A DNA stretch of 64,000 nucleotides from an uncultured Pelagibacteraceae bacterium (GCA_902591755.1 CACJBX010000005.1:18114-82113), one strand, 5' to 3'; counted from the stretch's first letter, positions 16,977 through 27,622 are shown. Made by a program: numbers and translations. The notes: generated by a model not told the origin, from the letters alone.

Positions 16977-17837
16977 TTATGATTTTTTTAATTTTAAGAA
17001 AGAGTGGGTAGCTATCGTTAATACAATTATAGCACCCCCTACGATTGTTTCAGGCGTAGGCTGTTCTTTAATAATGAGCCAGACCCAAATCGGACCTATT
17101 ATAGTTTCTAACAAGAAAAATAAATTTACCTCTGCTGCTGTTATAAACCTAGGTGCTATAGTAACAAGAACGAATGGTATGGCTACACACATTACACTCA
17201 TTAAAGGAATAATATAGATATCGTTATTATTCAGAGAATAATCTTTTACAAAAAGTATTGCAAAAAGAGCTATGATCAACTTTCCAACCACTGCGGAGGG
17301 AACCAGGTTTAATTTTTTTGCTGATCTAATTATAACAGCACCCACTGCTAGACCCATGGCTGCAACAAATCCTAAAATATCACCAAAAAAATTTCCCAAC
17401 TTAATTGAGTCGTAAAAAATATATAGTGCAGCAAAAAAAGTTATAAAAATTGCTATCCAGGTTTTTTTATCAGGATTTTCTTTAAGGAAAAATGACCCAA
17501 GGATAGCAGATAACATTGGTGCTGTAGCAATCATTATCAAAGTATTAGCAACATTTGTATTTTGAATTGAGACAACAAAAGCAATGTTGGTAACTGAAAA
17601 GGTTAAAACGTAGGCGAAACCATAATAGCCATTAGATCTTAATAAATTAAAAAATTTCAATTTATATATTAAAAGCATTCCAATAAAAACTAAAACAAAC
17701 GGTATGATACCTCTATAAAAAACCAAACTCCAAGTCTCAACATTAGATAGTCTTATAAATAAAGAGTCTGGCGTTATAAACATAACTGCCACAAAAGCCA
17801 TCAAAGACCCTTTTTTTTGGTCAGTTAAACTATTCAT
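16977..17837 (-). CDS. DMT/EamA family transporter
   Basis: About 10 TM segments, FITPDSLFIR, APRFITAAEV; ATGA overlap with the gshB stop fixes the start at 17837. Confidence 0.88.
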   Translation of the reverse strand: MNSLTDQKKGSLMAFVAVMFITPDSLFIRLSNVETWSLVFYRGIIPFVLVFIGMLLIYKLKFFNLLRSNGYYGFAYVLTFSVTNIAFVVSIQNTNVANTLIMIATAPMLSAILGSFFLKENPDKKTWIAIFITFFAALYIFYDSIKLGNFFGDILGFVAAMGLAVGAVIIRSAKKLNLVPSAVVGKLIIALFAILFVKDYSLNNNDIYIIPLMSVMCVAIPFVLVTIAPRFITAAEVNLFFLLETIIGPIWVWLIIKEQPTPETIVGGAIIVLTIATHSFLKLKKS

Positions 17838-18760
17838 GCTCCAAGTTCTTTCCAAAAAGTTTTTGCTAGATTTTTACCTGATAGATCATAGTAAGTTTTT
17901 ATTCCTGTGGGGGATGTAACATTTATATCACCACTAAGTTTTTGATCAATCAAGTCAATTCCAGCAAAAAAAATGTTTTCTTTTTTTAAATCTTTTGCAA
18001 TTAAATTTGAAATTTGCTTTTCTACTTTAGTTAATTTTGTACTGATTACTTTCGCACCCTTACTCATATTGCTTAAAAATGATCCTTTTTTTGGAATTCT
18101 TGAAATAACACCACGTAATTTTCCGTTTATAACAAAAACTCTTTTGTCTCCTTTATTTATTTTTGGAAGAAATTTTTGACACATAATGTGACCATTTTTT
18201 TCAACAAATCTTTTAACTAGATTTGATTTAAATCTGGTTAATAAATGAATATCATTTCCACTGTAACCATGAATAGGTTTTAAGATTACCTTTTTGTTTT
18301 TTTTAAAAAAAGCCTTAATTTCATTAATGTTTTGAGTAAATATAGTGTTGGGCATATATTTTTGATACTTAGACGAGTATAACTTTTCAGAAATACTTCT
18401 AATAGATGTTGGATCATTTATTATTTTAACTTTGGTTTTTATCGAGTCCAAAATATAAGTTGTTGAAATATACTCAAGATTAAACGGTGGATTCTGACGA
18501 ATGAGAATAAATTTACATTTTACAAGTTCAAAAGACTTTTTTTTTAAAATTTTAAAGAATTTTTTTTTATTATAATTAATATTTACGAAATATCCTTTTG
18601 CTATCACTTTTGAATTAATAATTGAAAGATTTTTTGGTTCGTAGTAGAAAATTTTATACCTTTTATTTTGAATTTCATTAGCTAAAAAAATACTAGTATC
18701 TGTTTCAGGATTTAACTTGGAAGGAATATCTCCTTGAATAGCCACAATTCTATTTGTCAT
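17834..18760 (-). CDS. gshB: Glutathione synthetase (ATP-grasp)
   Basis: DTSIFL, RQNPPFN, EKL, KPIHGYSG, GDKRV and INVTSPTG motifs; adjacent to gshA. Confidence 0.92.
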   Translation of the reverse strand: MTNRIVAIQGDIPSKLNPETDTSIFLANEIQNKRYKIFYYEPKNLSIINSKVIAKGYFVNINYNKKKFFKILKKKSFELVKCKFILIRQNPPFNLEYISTTYILDSIKTKVKIINDPTSIRSISEKLYSSKYQKYMPNTIFTQNINEIKAFFKKNKKVILKPIHGYSGNDIHLLTRFKSNLVKRFVEKNGHIMCQKFLPKINKGDKRVFVINGKLRGVISRIPKKGSFLSNMSKGAKVISTKLTKVEKQISNLIAKDLKKENIFFAGIDLIDQKLSGDINVTSPTGIKTYYDLSGKNLAKTFWKELGA

Positions 18761-20045
18761 ATAATTCATCTAAATTTTCATTTTTTGAAAATTTGCTAAT
18801 CATATGATCTGCGTTTGTTATCTTATTATCAATTACTTTTTGTAAGTGGTTCAAGAAAACTGTTTCGTTATTTCCCTTTTTATTTAAAATATCTCTATTT
18901 TCTAAACCTTTTCTAGCCAAATTAAGTAGGATGGAAGACCAATAATATAGATCTTTACCCATTAATTGTGTATTAAACCCTTTTTTTGGAGCCTCCAAAT
19001 AAGCATTAATTATTTTGTCTTTATCCCATTTGGAAACTAATTCGTGAACTTCATCTAAATTTCCGTAAAGCATACCTATGTTCAAAGCGGGTCCTGCACA
19101 CAAACATTCCCAGCCACATGAGTCCATAGATCTAATCTCAATATATTTTTTAAGTCTATTTTCAGTGAAAATTGTACTCAAATGAGTTGCGAAATCTTCT
19201 TGCGTTGGAAGTCTATTGTCAATTTCATCAATTTTTCCTTCCATAAAATCTTTAAAAATATATTTTCTACCGGAAATGTACTGTTCATTATGTTTTAAAA
19301 ATAATATTGGAAAATTTATTACAAAATCTGCATACTTTTCAAAATTTAAATTTTCTAAAAATAATTTTGGTAATCCAGCTCTTGAAGTACTTTGCCAAAC
19401 TTTGGATCTATAAGATAAATAGTAGCTATTTTTTTTTTCAACAATTGATGAATTAGCAAAAAGAGAGATCGCAATAGGGACTATAGAATTAACTACCTTA
19501 AATTTTTTAACAAAATCTTTCTCAGAATTAAAATCTATATTAAGTTGAGTTCCACATGTTCGATACATCATATCTAAACTTAACTCGCCACCTATAGGCA
19601 TATCTTGTGTCATTAGTTTATATCTTTGTTTTGGATTATTGGGAATTTCTTTTAATTTTGATATAGGGTCAAATCCTGCACTAACTATACTCATATTTAA
19701 TTTTTTTGTTACTTGTTTGAGTTCAAATAAATAATTTTGTGACTCTGCGCATGCTTCATGCATATTATTTAACTTATCACCAGATAACTCAATTTGATTC
19801 CCTGGTTCTAAAGTAATATTTCTTCCGCCTTTATTTAAAGCGATAATATTTTCTTTCTCAAAAACAGGATTCCACCCAAATTCCATTAGAGCTGAAAACA
19901 TTTCTTTGATTTTTAAATAGTCAATTCTTTTGTTGTTATTTTTATTGAATAAAAACTTTTCATGCTCTACACCAATCTTAAAATTTCTAGTATTTTTTAT
20001 TCCAGACTTAAAATATTCAATAATTTTTTCTTTTTTGACAAACAT
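18750..20045 (-). CDS. gshA: Glutamate-cysteine ligase (plant/alphaproteobacterial type)
   Basis: IGVEHEKF, TLEPGNQIELSG, PKQRY, MMYRTC, HLSTIF-x-ENRLKKYIEIR motifs. Confidence 0.93.
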   Translation of the reverse strand: MFVKKEKIIEYFKSGIKNTRNFKIGVEHEKFLFNKNNNKRIDYLKIKEMFSALMEFGWNPVFEKENIIALNKGGRNITLEPGNQIELSGDKLNNMHEACAESQNYLFELKQVTKKLNMSIVSAGFDPISKLKEIPNNPKQRYKLMTQDMPIGGELSLDMMYRTCGTQLNIDFNSEKDFVKKFKVVNSIVPIAISLFANSSIVEKKNSYYLSYRSKVWQSTSRAGLPKLFLENLNFEKYADFVINFPILFLKHNEQYISGRKYIFKDFMEGKIDEIDNRLPTQEDFATHLSTIFTENRLKKYIEIRSMDSCGWECLCAGPALNIGMLYGNLDEVHELVSKWDKDKIINAYLEAPKKGFNTQLMGKDLYYWSSILLNLARKGLENRDILNKKGNNETVFLNHLQKVIDNKITNADHMISKFSKNENLDELYDK

Positions 20046-20066
20046 TTTTTTTGAAAACAAAGTTTT

Positions 20067-20624
20067 TTAAAGTGAAGAATATGGTTTTCTAGCAAATATT
20101 CTTTTCACCATCGGTGCAAATTCCTCTAAACTCATGCTTTTGTATTCTGGATCAAAAGAACATTGATCATATTTTTCACAAAAATTTATTGTATCTTGAT
20201 AATACTTGTGATCTTTATATTTTTCTCTTTTAAATCGGTCAGCTCCAAGATGATGAGCATAATAATACATTTGAAATTCACCATGTTTTTCAATTATCCA
20301 ATGAGTTTTTTCAGACACAAAAGGCTTTAATACTGATGCAGCATACTCTGAGTGGTTTAAAGGAGCTAATTCATCTCCAATATCATGTAATAAACACGCA
20401 ACAACCATCTCTTCATTTTCATTATTTCTAAAAGCTCTCGTAGCACTCTGCAACGAATGTTCTAATCTTGTGATTTTATAACCTTCTAAAGTTGTCGTCA
20501 TTCTAGATAAAAAATTTAGTATTCTGTCAGCTGTCTCACCAACATATTCTTTTTCTAATTTGTCTAAAAAAAGATAGTCTTCTTTTGACCCATTTTTCAT
20601 TTCAGTAAAGTTTACTTTTTTCAT
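20067..20624 (-). CDS. HD-domain metalloprotein, PhnZ/MIOX-like (H..HD..H..H..D)
   Basis: RLEHSLQ, LLHDIGD, NHSE, EKHG and YDQ motifs. ATG 20624 or TTG 20630. Confidence 0.8.
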   Translation of the reverse strand: MKKVNFTEMKNGSKEDYLFLDKLEKEYVGETADRILNFLSRMTTTLEGYKITRLEHSLQSATRAFRNNENEEMVVACLLHDIGDELAPLNHSEYAASVLKPFVSEKTHWIIEKHGEFQMYYYAHHLGADRFKREKYKDHKYYQDTINFCEKYDQCSFDPEYKSMSLEEFAPMVKRIFARKPYSSL

Positions 20625-20626
20625 AC

Positions 20627-22108
20627 TCAATTATTAGACTTTGTACTCAATAAAGACAACTGTGTCACTTTATTATCACCTAGGTCATCAATTAATTTTA
20701 CAGGGTAATCACCTGTAAAATAATGATCAGTTAATTGTGGGTACGTTGAGTTTCTTTTTTCATAACCCATTGCTCTATACAAACCGTCAACACTTAAGAA
20801 TTTAAGAGATTTTGCATCTATATATTTGCAAATATCATCATTAGTTTTATTAGCTGCTAAAAGCTCTTTTTTTGTGGGTGTATCAACACCGTAAAAGTCT
20901 GGAAATCTAATTTCGGGTGAAGCAATTCTTACATGAACCTCTTTTGCTCCAAAATCATATAACATTTTTACTATTTTATGTGAGGTCGTACCCCTCACTA
21001 AAGAGTCATCAACCAAAACAATTTTTTTATTTTTGATTGTAGATTTATTTGCATTTAATTTTAATCTGACACCAAGGCTTCTTATCTTTTGAGCTGGTTC
21101 AATAAAAGTTCTTCCCACATAATGATTTCTTATTAAACCAAGATCAAAATTAATTTTTTCATGTTGGCTATAACCGATAGCTGCAGCATTCCCTGAGTCT
21201 GGAACAGGAACTACTAAATCAGCATCAATGCTCGTTTCTTTTGCAAGCTCAACACCAAAATTTTTCCTATACTCATATGCGCATTTTCCATTTAAAATAC
21301 TATCTGGTCTTGAAAAATAGATATATTCAAAAACACACGGCCTAATTTTTTTTAATGGAAATGGTTTTAAACTAATAAGTTTTTTATTTTCAACATAAAC
21401 AATTTCACCATTTTCTACGTCTCTGATATATTTAGCTCCTATAATATCTAATGCACAAGTTTCGGAAGCAAAAACATAAGAGTCTTTAAGTTTTCCTATT
21501 ACCAAAGGTCTAATTCCAAAAGGATCTCTTACTCCAATAAGTAAATTTCTTGCAAGCATTACAAGTGCATAACCTCCTTGTATTTGAAACAAAGCATCAA
21601 TAATTTTGTCTATAACTTTTCCTCTTTTTGATCTTGCAATTAACTGAACAATTGTCTCAGTATCAGACGTAGTATAAAAAATTGCGCCATCTTCAACTAA
21701 TTTTCTTCTAAGAGTTATTGCATTTGTAAGATTACCATTATGAGCTACTCCTATCCCTCCAGTATTAGTATCTGCGTAAAAAGGTTGAATATTTCTTAAC
21801 GTTGTACCTCCAGTAGTACTATATCTATTATGTGCAATAGCAAAATTACCCGGTAGAGATTTTAAAACTTCTTCTTTATTAAAATTATCGCCCACTAATC
21901 CAAATCTTTTTTCTGAGTGATATTTTTTTCCATCAAAGGTTACAACCCCACAACCCTCTTGTCCTCTATGTTGTAAAGCATGTAAACCAAGTGTAGAAAG
22001 TGTTGATGCGTCTTCGTTGTCGCTTATACCAAAAACACCACATTCCTCTTTTACTTTTGGATTAAAGTTCTTGAACTTTTTCTTTAGTATCCTGGTAATT
22101 TTCTTCAT
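20627..22108 (-). CDS. purF: Amidophosphoribosyltransferase
   Basis: Propeptide then CGVFG, LQHRGQ, HNRYSTTG, AHNGN, VDDSLVRGTT. Confidence 0.97.
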   Translation of the reverse strand: MKKITRILKKKFKNFNPKVKEECGVFGISDNEDASTLSTLGLHALQHRGQEGCGVVTFDGKKYHSEKRFGLVGDNFNKEEVLKSLPGNFAIAHNRYSTTGGTTLRNIQPFYADTNTGGIGVAHNGNLTNAITLRRKLVEDGAIFYTTSDTETIVQLIARSKRGKVIDKIIDALFQIQGGYALVMLARNLLIGVRDPFGIRPLVIGKLKDSYVFASETCALDIIGAKYIRDVENGEIVYVENKKLISLKPFPLKKIRPCVFEYIYFSRPDSILNGKCAYEYRKNFGVELAKETSIDADLVVPVPDSGNAAAIGYSQHEKINFDLGLIRNHYVGRTFIEPAQKIRSLGVRLKLNANKSTIKNKKIVLVDDSLVRGTTSHKIVKMLYDFGAKEVHVRIASPEIRFPDFYGVDTPTKKELLAANKTNDDICKYIDAKSLKFLSVDGLYRAMGYEKRNSTYPQLTDHYFTGDYPVKLIDDLGDNKVTQLSLLSTKSNN

Positions 22109-22607
22109 TTGGGAATTCTTTAATTAAATAATTGCTTCCCTTAAGAACATAAGGAAAGGTTATTGATTGGTCAAGATTTATTGGCCACTTATTATGATTG
22201 TATATTATGTCTATTGTTGCAAAAATACATACTGAAATAACATACGCTCTTAAAAATCCAAAAAAGAATCCAAATATTTTGTCTAAAGTGCCTATTCCCG
22301 AGTAACTTACTGCTTTACTGATTCCTTTATTAATCATTAACACAATGAATAAAACAATTATAAAAATACTTAAACCAAGCACAATATCTAAAACATATTC
22401 GTTATCCAATATGTCCTCAACAAAAGGTTTAGCTTTTGGAAACAAGTAAAGAGCAACAACATATGAAAACAACCACTTACTCGCTGACAAAACACTTAAA
22501 ACAAAACCTTTAGAGGAACATTTGATTAAAGACAACATAGTTAAGGCAAGATAAATAAGGTCGAAAAATTGAAATTTATCAAAAAAATTCAAAAATTGAT
22601 CAAACAT
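22062..22607 (-). CDS. cvpA: CvpA family membrane protein
   Basis: DKIFGFFFGFLRA motif, 4 TM segments, canonical position upstream of purF. Confidence 0.87.
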   Translation of the reverse strand: MFDQFLNFFDKFQFFDLIYLALTMLSLIKCSSKGFVLSVLSASKWLFSYVVALYLFPKAKPFVEDILDNEYVLDIVLGLSIFIIVLFIVLMINKGISKAVSYSGIGTLDKIFGFFFGFLRAYVISVCIFATIDIIYNHNKWPINLDQSITFPYVLKGSNYLIKEFPNEENYQDTKEKVQEL

Positions 22608-24999
22608 TTAGTCTTTTTTCAAAAGGCTGTATATACAAAATTAAACTAGGTAATAAAGTGAGTACCAGTATCATAGCTAACAACATTGCAATGCCAGTAA
22701 AAATACCAAAATAAATTGTAGGAATGAAATTTGAAAGAATAAGTATTGAAAAACCAAAGATAATAGTAATAGATGTGTTTAATATTGCTACGCCCACAGT
22801 AGAGTGGCATACTCGTATCGACTCTTCGTAGCTTTTGTTTTTTTCATATTCTTCTTGGAAACGGTAGATATAGTGAATACTATTATCAACAGCAATCCCT
22901 ATCGTTATTGCGGCTATAGTTATTGTCATCATATCAAGCGGGATACCCAAGACTCCTATTAAGCCTAAAATTGAAAATGCAGCAATAAAATTTGGAATAA
23001 CACCGATTAAAGAAATCTTTAAATTTCTAAACAAAACCAAGAACATTGCCATTATTCCACACATGACGAGGCCTAAAGTTAATATCTGAGATTTAAATAA
23101 ACTTTGTAAAAGATTATTAAATAAAATTAAAACACCACCGAGTTTAAATTCCTCTTTACTTAAACCAATTTCATTCTGCATATCAAAATTAATTTTCTTA
23201 ATTAAATCATTTCTTCTCAAATCTTTGGAAGAATCTTTAATTCTTAAACTTATTCTTGCCTCATCATCTTTAATTGAAATGTAAGGATCTATGATTTCAT
23301 TTTTAACAGTTTCAGGAATTTTACTGTATAAAACTCCCATTTCTAAAGTACCCAATTCTTTATTATTGTTTAATTTTGTTGCCACTTGAATAATTGAGGA
23401 AAAAGATAGAACCTTACCAACATGTTCTGTATTTTCTAAATAATTATGTACCTTATTTATTTTATCAATTTTGTCTTTTGTAAACCAATATTTACTTTCA
23501 TCACCATCATCCTCACCCCAGTCTTTGAACTCATCATCATCTCCAGCGGTCTCATCATTTTTTTTTCCAGAAAACCTTAAAATGATTTCTAAAGGTGTTG
23601 TACCTCCGAGTTTTTCATCAATTAACTTCATACCTTGATAAATTTCAGTGTCTTTACTGAAATAATTAATAAAACTATTTTCAACTTTTAATTTTGATAT
23701 CCCAAAAATACTAAAAATTATAAAAAAAATTGAGATGATAAATACCAAATTTGTTTTTTCTATTGAAAGCTTAGAAAGTGGATTTGTTAAAAAAGATAAA
23801 GATTTTTCGTGAATATTTATCTCCTTTGAATAAAAAATTCCTAGCAATGCAGGAAGTAATGTAAAAGTTATTAAAAATGAAGTTATTAATCCAAAAGTCA
23901 TCATCCATCCAAAGTCAATAATTGGTTTAATGCCACTAAAAATTAAGGAGAGAAAAGCACAAATTGTTGTTAATACAGTGTAAAGTATAGGCCAAACCAT
24001 TTTAGATGTTGCAATTTTTAAAAGTTCATTATTATTTAGATCTAAATGAGTTTTAGCTAGCTGAATATATCTTGTGCTTATGTGAATGTTCATAGCCATT
24101 GTAAGTATCAACATCATAGCTATAAAATTTGATGATATAACTGTGACTTTCCAATTCATTAAACCCAAAAATCCAATCATTATTATTACTGCAAAAAAAC
24201 AACTAGAGATTGGAATTATAATCCAAAGAACTTTTCTAAAAACAAACCACAAAGTAATTATAATAAAAGCAAAAACACCGATACCAAAGACAATTATATC
24301 CTTCTTAATAAATGTCATCATATCGTCAGCAATCATCGGTATACCTCCTAAGTGAATTCTTCCAATTTCTTTAAAAGAGTCAATTACATCTCTTATTTCT
24401 TTAATATTTTTATGGTTTTCAGATTTTAGTTTATCTTTGTATTCCTCAAATTCTTTTTCATTATCAAATGCAGTTGACTCTAAAATTTTTTTTCTTTTTA
24501 AATTAACTATTATACCTGTAGTTGTTGCATCCTCACTTATAACCAAGTTTTTAAAAACTGGACTATTTAAAATTTCATTAAATGCCCTGTTTTTATCTAT
24601 ATTTTCATCTTTCAAAGTTCTAAAATTTTTTATTCGATCCATAAGTGGTTCGTCAGAACTTTCAAGTAAAGGCACATCTAATATCGTAATGACACTATGA
24701 ACCCAATCAAGACTCTGTATTTTATATTTTAAACTTAGGATATTGTTAATTGAGCTTTCAGATGTCAAAGCTTCTTTCGGTGTGAATGTAAGAACTAAAA
24801 AATCTTTAGATTTATATCTTTGATTTATCTCTTTTAGGTATTCTAAATCTGGATCCCCTTCTATAAGTAGAGTTTCTGAAGATGCATCAAGCCTAAAATC
24901 TTTGGTATTAATTAGAAAAAAAGAAGTAACTAAAATTAATATTAAAAAGATTATACGTGGATTTTTTAAAATTAGTGATTGGTATAGATTAGAAAACAT
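22600..24999 (-). CDS. MMPL/RND-family (SSD-type) exporter
   Basis: Two repeats of periplasmic domain plus TM bundle; GIAVDNSIH, GGTTPLEI motifs. Confidence 0.87.
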   Translation of the reverse strand: MFSNLYQSLILKNPRIIFLILILVTSFFLINTKDFRLDASSETLLIEGDPDLEYLKEINQRYKSKDFLVLTFTPKEALTSESSINNILSLKYKIQSLDWVHSVITILDVPLLESSDEPLMDRIKNFRTLKDENIDKNRAFNEILNSPVFKNLVISEDATTTGIIVNLKRKKILESTAFDNEKEFEEYKDKLKSENHKNIKEIRDVIDSFKEIGRIHLGGIPMIADDMMTFIKKDIIVFGIGVFAFIIITLWFVFRKVLWIIIPISSCFFAVIIMIGFLGLMNWKVTVISSNFIAMMLILTMAMNIHISTRYIQLAKTHLDLNNNELLKIATSKMVWPILYTVLTTICAFLSLIFSGIKPIIDFGWMMTFGLITSFLITFTLLPALLGIFYSKEINIHEKSLSFLTNPLSKLSIEKTNLVFIISIFFIIFSIFGISKLKVENSFINYFSKDTEIYQGMKLIDEKLGGTTPLEIILRFSGKKNDETAGDDDEFKDWGEDDGDESKYWFTKDKIDKINKVHNYLENTEHVGKVLSFSSIIQVATKLNNNKELGTLEMGVLYSKIPETVKNEIIDPYISIKDDEARISLRIKDSSKDLRRNDLIKKINFDMQNEIGLSKEEFKLGGVLILFNNLLQSLFKSQILTLGLVMCGIMAMFLVLFRNLKISLIGVIPNFIAAFSILGLIGVLGIPLDMMTITIAAITIGIAVDNSIHYIYRFQEEYEKNKSYEESIRVCHSTVGVAILNTSITIIFGFSILILSNFIPTIYFGIFTGIAMLLAMILVLTLLPSLILYIQPFEKRLNV

Positions 25000-25020
25000 T
25001 ACTAAATATATATCTTATAT

Positions 25021-26436
25021 TTAAGTATTTGTAGCGTCATTAAATTTAGTAAACATTTCCTCGAATTCTAATGTAATTTTACCGGTAGGACCATGTCTTT
25101 GTTTACCAATGATCAATTCTGCTAAATGAGAAATTTCATTCATTTTGGCTTGCCATTCTGCATGTTCCACTGTTGCAGGTCTAGGTTCTTTACCCTTTAG
25201 ATAATAGGATTCTCTATAAACAAACATTACAACATCTGCATCTTGCTCAATTGATCCAGATTCTCTCAGATCAGATAATAGAGGTTTTTTATCATCTCTT
25301 GTTTCAACTGCTCTAGATAATTGTGAAAGAGCCAAAACAGGTACAGCAAGTTCTTTTGCAAGAGCTTTAAGTCCTTGAGTAATTTCTGAAATTTCTTGGA
25401 CACGACCCTCTTTAAAATTTGAGGCTCTCATTAATTGTATGTAATCAACCACAACCATATCTAACCCATAAAGTCTTTTAATTCTTCTTGCTCTATTGGA
25501 AAGTGCCGCAATAGTGATTGCAGGTGTTTCGTCTATATAGAGAGGTAACTCAGAAATATTTTTTGATGTTTCCAAAAATTGTTCAAATTGCTCCTCAGAT
25601 ATTTTTCCTCTTCTAATGTCATTTGATTTTATTCTTGATTGTTCAGCTAAAATTCTTGTGGACAATTGTTCTGATGACATTTCAAGAGAGAAGAACGCTA
25701 TGCAAGACTTTCTATTTGTTTTTTGAATATTTGTTGCCGCATTAAAAGCAATATTAGTAGCTAAAGCAGTTTTACCCATAGCAGGTCTTCCAGCAATAAT
25801 TACTAGGTCAGATTTATGTAAACCGCCCAATCGATCATCAAGGTCTCTTAAACCTGTGGGGACACCAACAATCCCCTCTTCATTTTTGTATGCATTTGAG
25901 GCCATATCAATTGTTTGTTTAACAGCTTCATCAAATTTAATTATATTAGAATTAAAAGAACCTTTTTCAGCAAGATCGTAAAGAATTTTTTCTGAGTTTT
26001 CTATTATAGATTTTCCATTTATATTTATGTCATTTAATTTTGCAGTATCAATGATATTTTCAGAAATTTTTATCAACTCTCTTCTAACAAACATATCATA
26101 AATTATTTTTGAGTACTCTATTGCTTGTCTAGATGATGTAGAAAACTTTGTTATCTTTATTAAGTACTCAGGTACATTTAAATCATCACTTTCATTCTCA
26201 AAATAATTTTTAAGAGTGATAGGATTTGCTAATAGTCCTTTGTAGATGAGATTTTGTATAGACCCAAATATTTTTTGATGGAGTGGATCAAAAAAATTTT
26301 TATCTGAAATTATGCCAGTAATTTCATCAAAAATTTCATTTTGAGTTAAAATAGAACCTATTACAGACTGTTCAGCTTCTATATTATTTGGAAGTTCTTT
26401 GAAGTTATTTTGAACGATGTTTAAATTTTTATTCAC
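25021..26436 (-). CDS. dnaB: Replicative DNA helicase
   Basis: AEQSVIG, GRPAMGKT, SLEMS, VDYIQLM, DLRESGSIEQDAD motifs; GTG start; no intein seen. Confidence 0.98.
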   Translation of the reverse strand: MNKNLNIVQNNFKELPNNIEAEQSVIGSILTQNEIFDEITGIISDKNFFDPLHQKIFGSIQNLIYKGLLANPITLKNYFENESDDLNVPEYLIKITKFSTSSRQAIEYSKIIYDMFVRRELIKISENIIDTAKLNDININGKSIIENSEKILYDLAEKGSFNSNIIKFDEAVKQTIDMASNAYKNEEGIVGVPTGLRDLDDRLGGLHKSDLVIIAGRPAMGKTALATNIAFNAATNIQKTNRKSCIAFFSLEMSSEQLSTRILAEQSRIKSNDIRRGKISEEQFEQFLETSKNISELPLYIDETPAITIAALSNRARRIKRLYGLDMVVVDYIQLMRASNFKEGRVQEISEITQGLKALAKELAVPVLALSQLSRAVETRDDKKPLLSDLRESGSIEQDADVVMFVYRESYYLKGKEPRPATVEHAEWQAKMNEISHLAELIIGKQRHGPTGKITLEFEEMFTKFNDATNT

Positions 26437-26503
26437 ACCCTATTTTACAATTTAAGTAGCTAAAAAACAGCGCTAATATTCAATGGGGAAAAAAATGTAT
26501 AAA

Positions 26504-26962
26504 TTATTTAATATTATCATCAGAAATAACTTTTATTTTTATTTCTGCTTGTACCTCCGAGTGAAGATTAATCTTCACCTTAAAGGTGCCCAAAGATTTA
26601 ATTTCATTTAAAGGTTGTATTAAAGAAGGTTTTATATCTATTTTTTCTGACAAATTTATAATTTTTGATATTTCTGTTGGTTTTATTGATCCATAAAGGT
26701 CTTTGTTCTCAGTAGTAAGTTTTTTTACCTCGTAAATTTTATTTTTCAAACTTTCATAAATTTGTTTAGCATTTTTTTTCTTTTCTTGGTCTTTTTTATT
26801 TAGTTCAGTCTTAATTTTTTCTACTTGTTTAATGTTTTCTTTTGAAGCGTACAAAGCCTTTTTGTTTGAAATTAAATAGTTTCTAGCAAAACCTCTTTTA
26901 ACATCGATCACTTCTCCAATAGATCCAATTTTAGCTAAGTTTTCTAACAATATAACTTTCAT
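26504..26962 (-). CDS. rplI: 50S ribosomal protein L9
   Basis: MKVILLE, VKRGFARNYL, LYGSI, LHSEV motifs. Confidence 0.97.
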   Translation of the reverse strand: MKVILLENLAKIGSIGEVIDVKRGFARNYLISNKKALYASKENIKQVEKIKTELNKKDQEKKKNAKQIYESLKNKIYEVKKLTTENKDLYGSIKPTEISKIINLSEKIDIKPSLIQPLNEIKSLGTFKVKINLHSEVQAEIKIKVISDDNIK

Positions 26963-26965
26963 AAT

Positions 26966-27238
26966 TTAGATTAGCGCTAAGTTTCTAGCTCTCTTAATAG
27001 ATAATGAGAGCTCCCTTTGCTTTTTTTGTGAAACATTTGTGATTCTTGAAGGGAGAATTTTCCCATTTTCTGACATAAATCTTTTTAATAATTTTATGTT
27101 TTTATAATCAACTTTTGGAGCATTTTTTACTGATAAAGGGCAACTCTTCTTAAATTTGTACTTGTTTGGTTGAAAAATACTAAGTTTTGAAAAACTGCTC
27201 GTTTTTCCTTTCTTCAAATTGTTTTTTCTATTTTTCAT
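26966..27238 (-). CDS. rpsR: 30S ribosomal protein S18
   Basis: [29 protein letters not shown]; between rpsF and rplI. Confidence 0.97.
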   Translation of the reverse strand: MKNRKNNLKKGKTSSFSKLSIFQPNKYKFKKSCPLSVKNAPKVDYKNIKLLKRFMSENGKILPSRITNVSQKKQRELSLSIKRARNLALI

Positions 27239-27590
27239 TTATTTTTTTTCCTTTTTTTATGTTTTCATCCTCTTCTTTTCCGAAATAATTTTCTTTTAAG
27301 TCAAATTTTTTTACTCTAATAGTGACATATCGCAATAGATTTTTATCTATTCTCTCATTTTTCTCTAATTCTTTTATCAATTCACCGTTTCCTTCAATTT
27401 TAAAATGTATATAGTTACCTTTCTTATTTTTTTTAATTAAATAAGATAAGTTTAATAATCCCCAATCTTGAGTTTGAACTAAATTACCTTTGTTTTCTTC
27501 AATTAACTTAGAATACTTTTCTATTAAACTTTTGATTTGACCAGGGCTTATGTCCTGCCTCGTTATGATAGTATGTTCGTATAGATTCAT
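27228..27590 (-). CDS. rpsF: 30S ribosomal protein S6
   Basis: [15 protein letters not shown]-x-GNY, LLRY motifs. Confidence 0.96.
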   Translation of the reverse strand: MNLYEHTIITRQDISPGQIKSLIEKYSKLIEENKGNLVQTQDWGLLNLSYLIKKNKKGNYIHFKIEGNGELIKELEKNERIDKNLLRYVTIRVKKFDLKENYFGKEEDENIKKGKKINEK

Positions 27591-27622
27591 TATTAGTTTT
27601 ATATAAAAAAAATTGATATACT

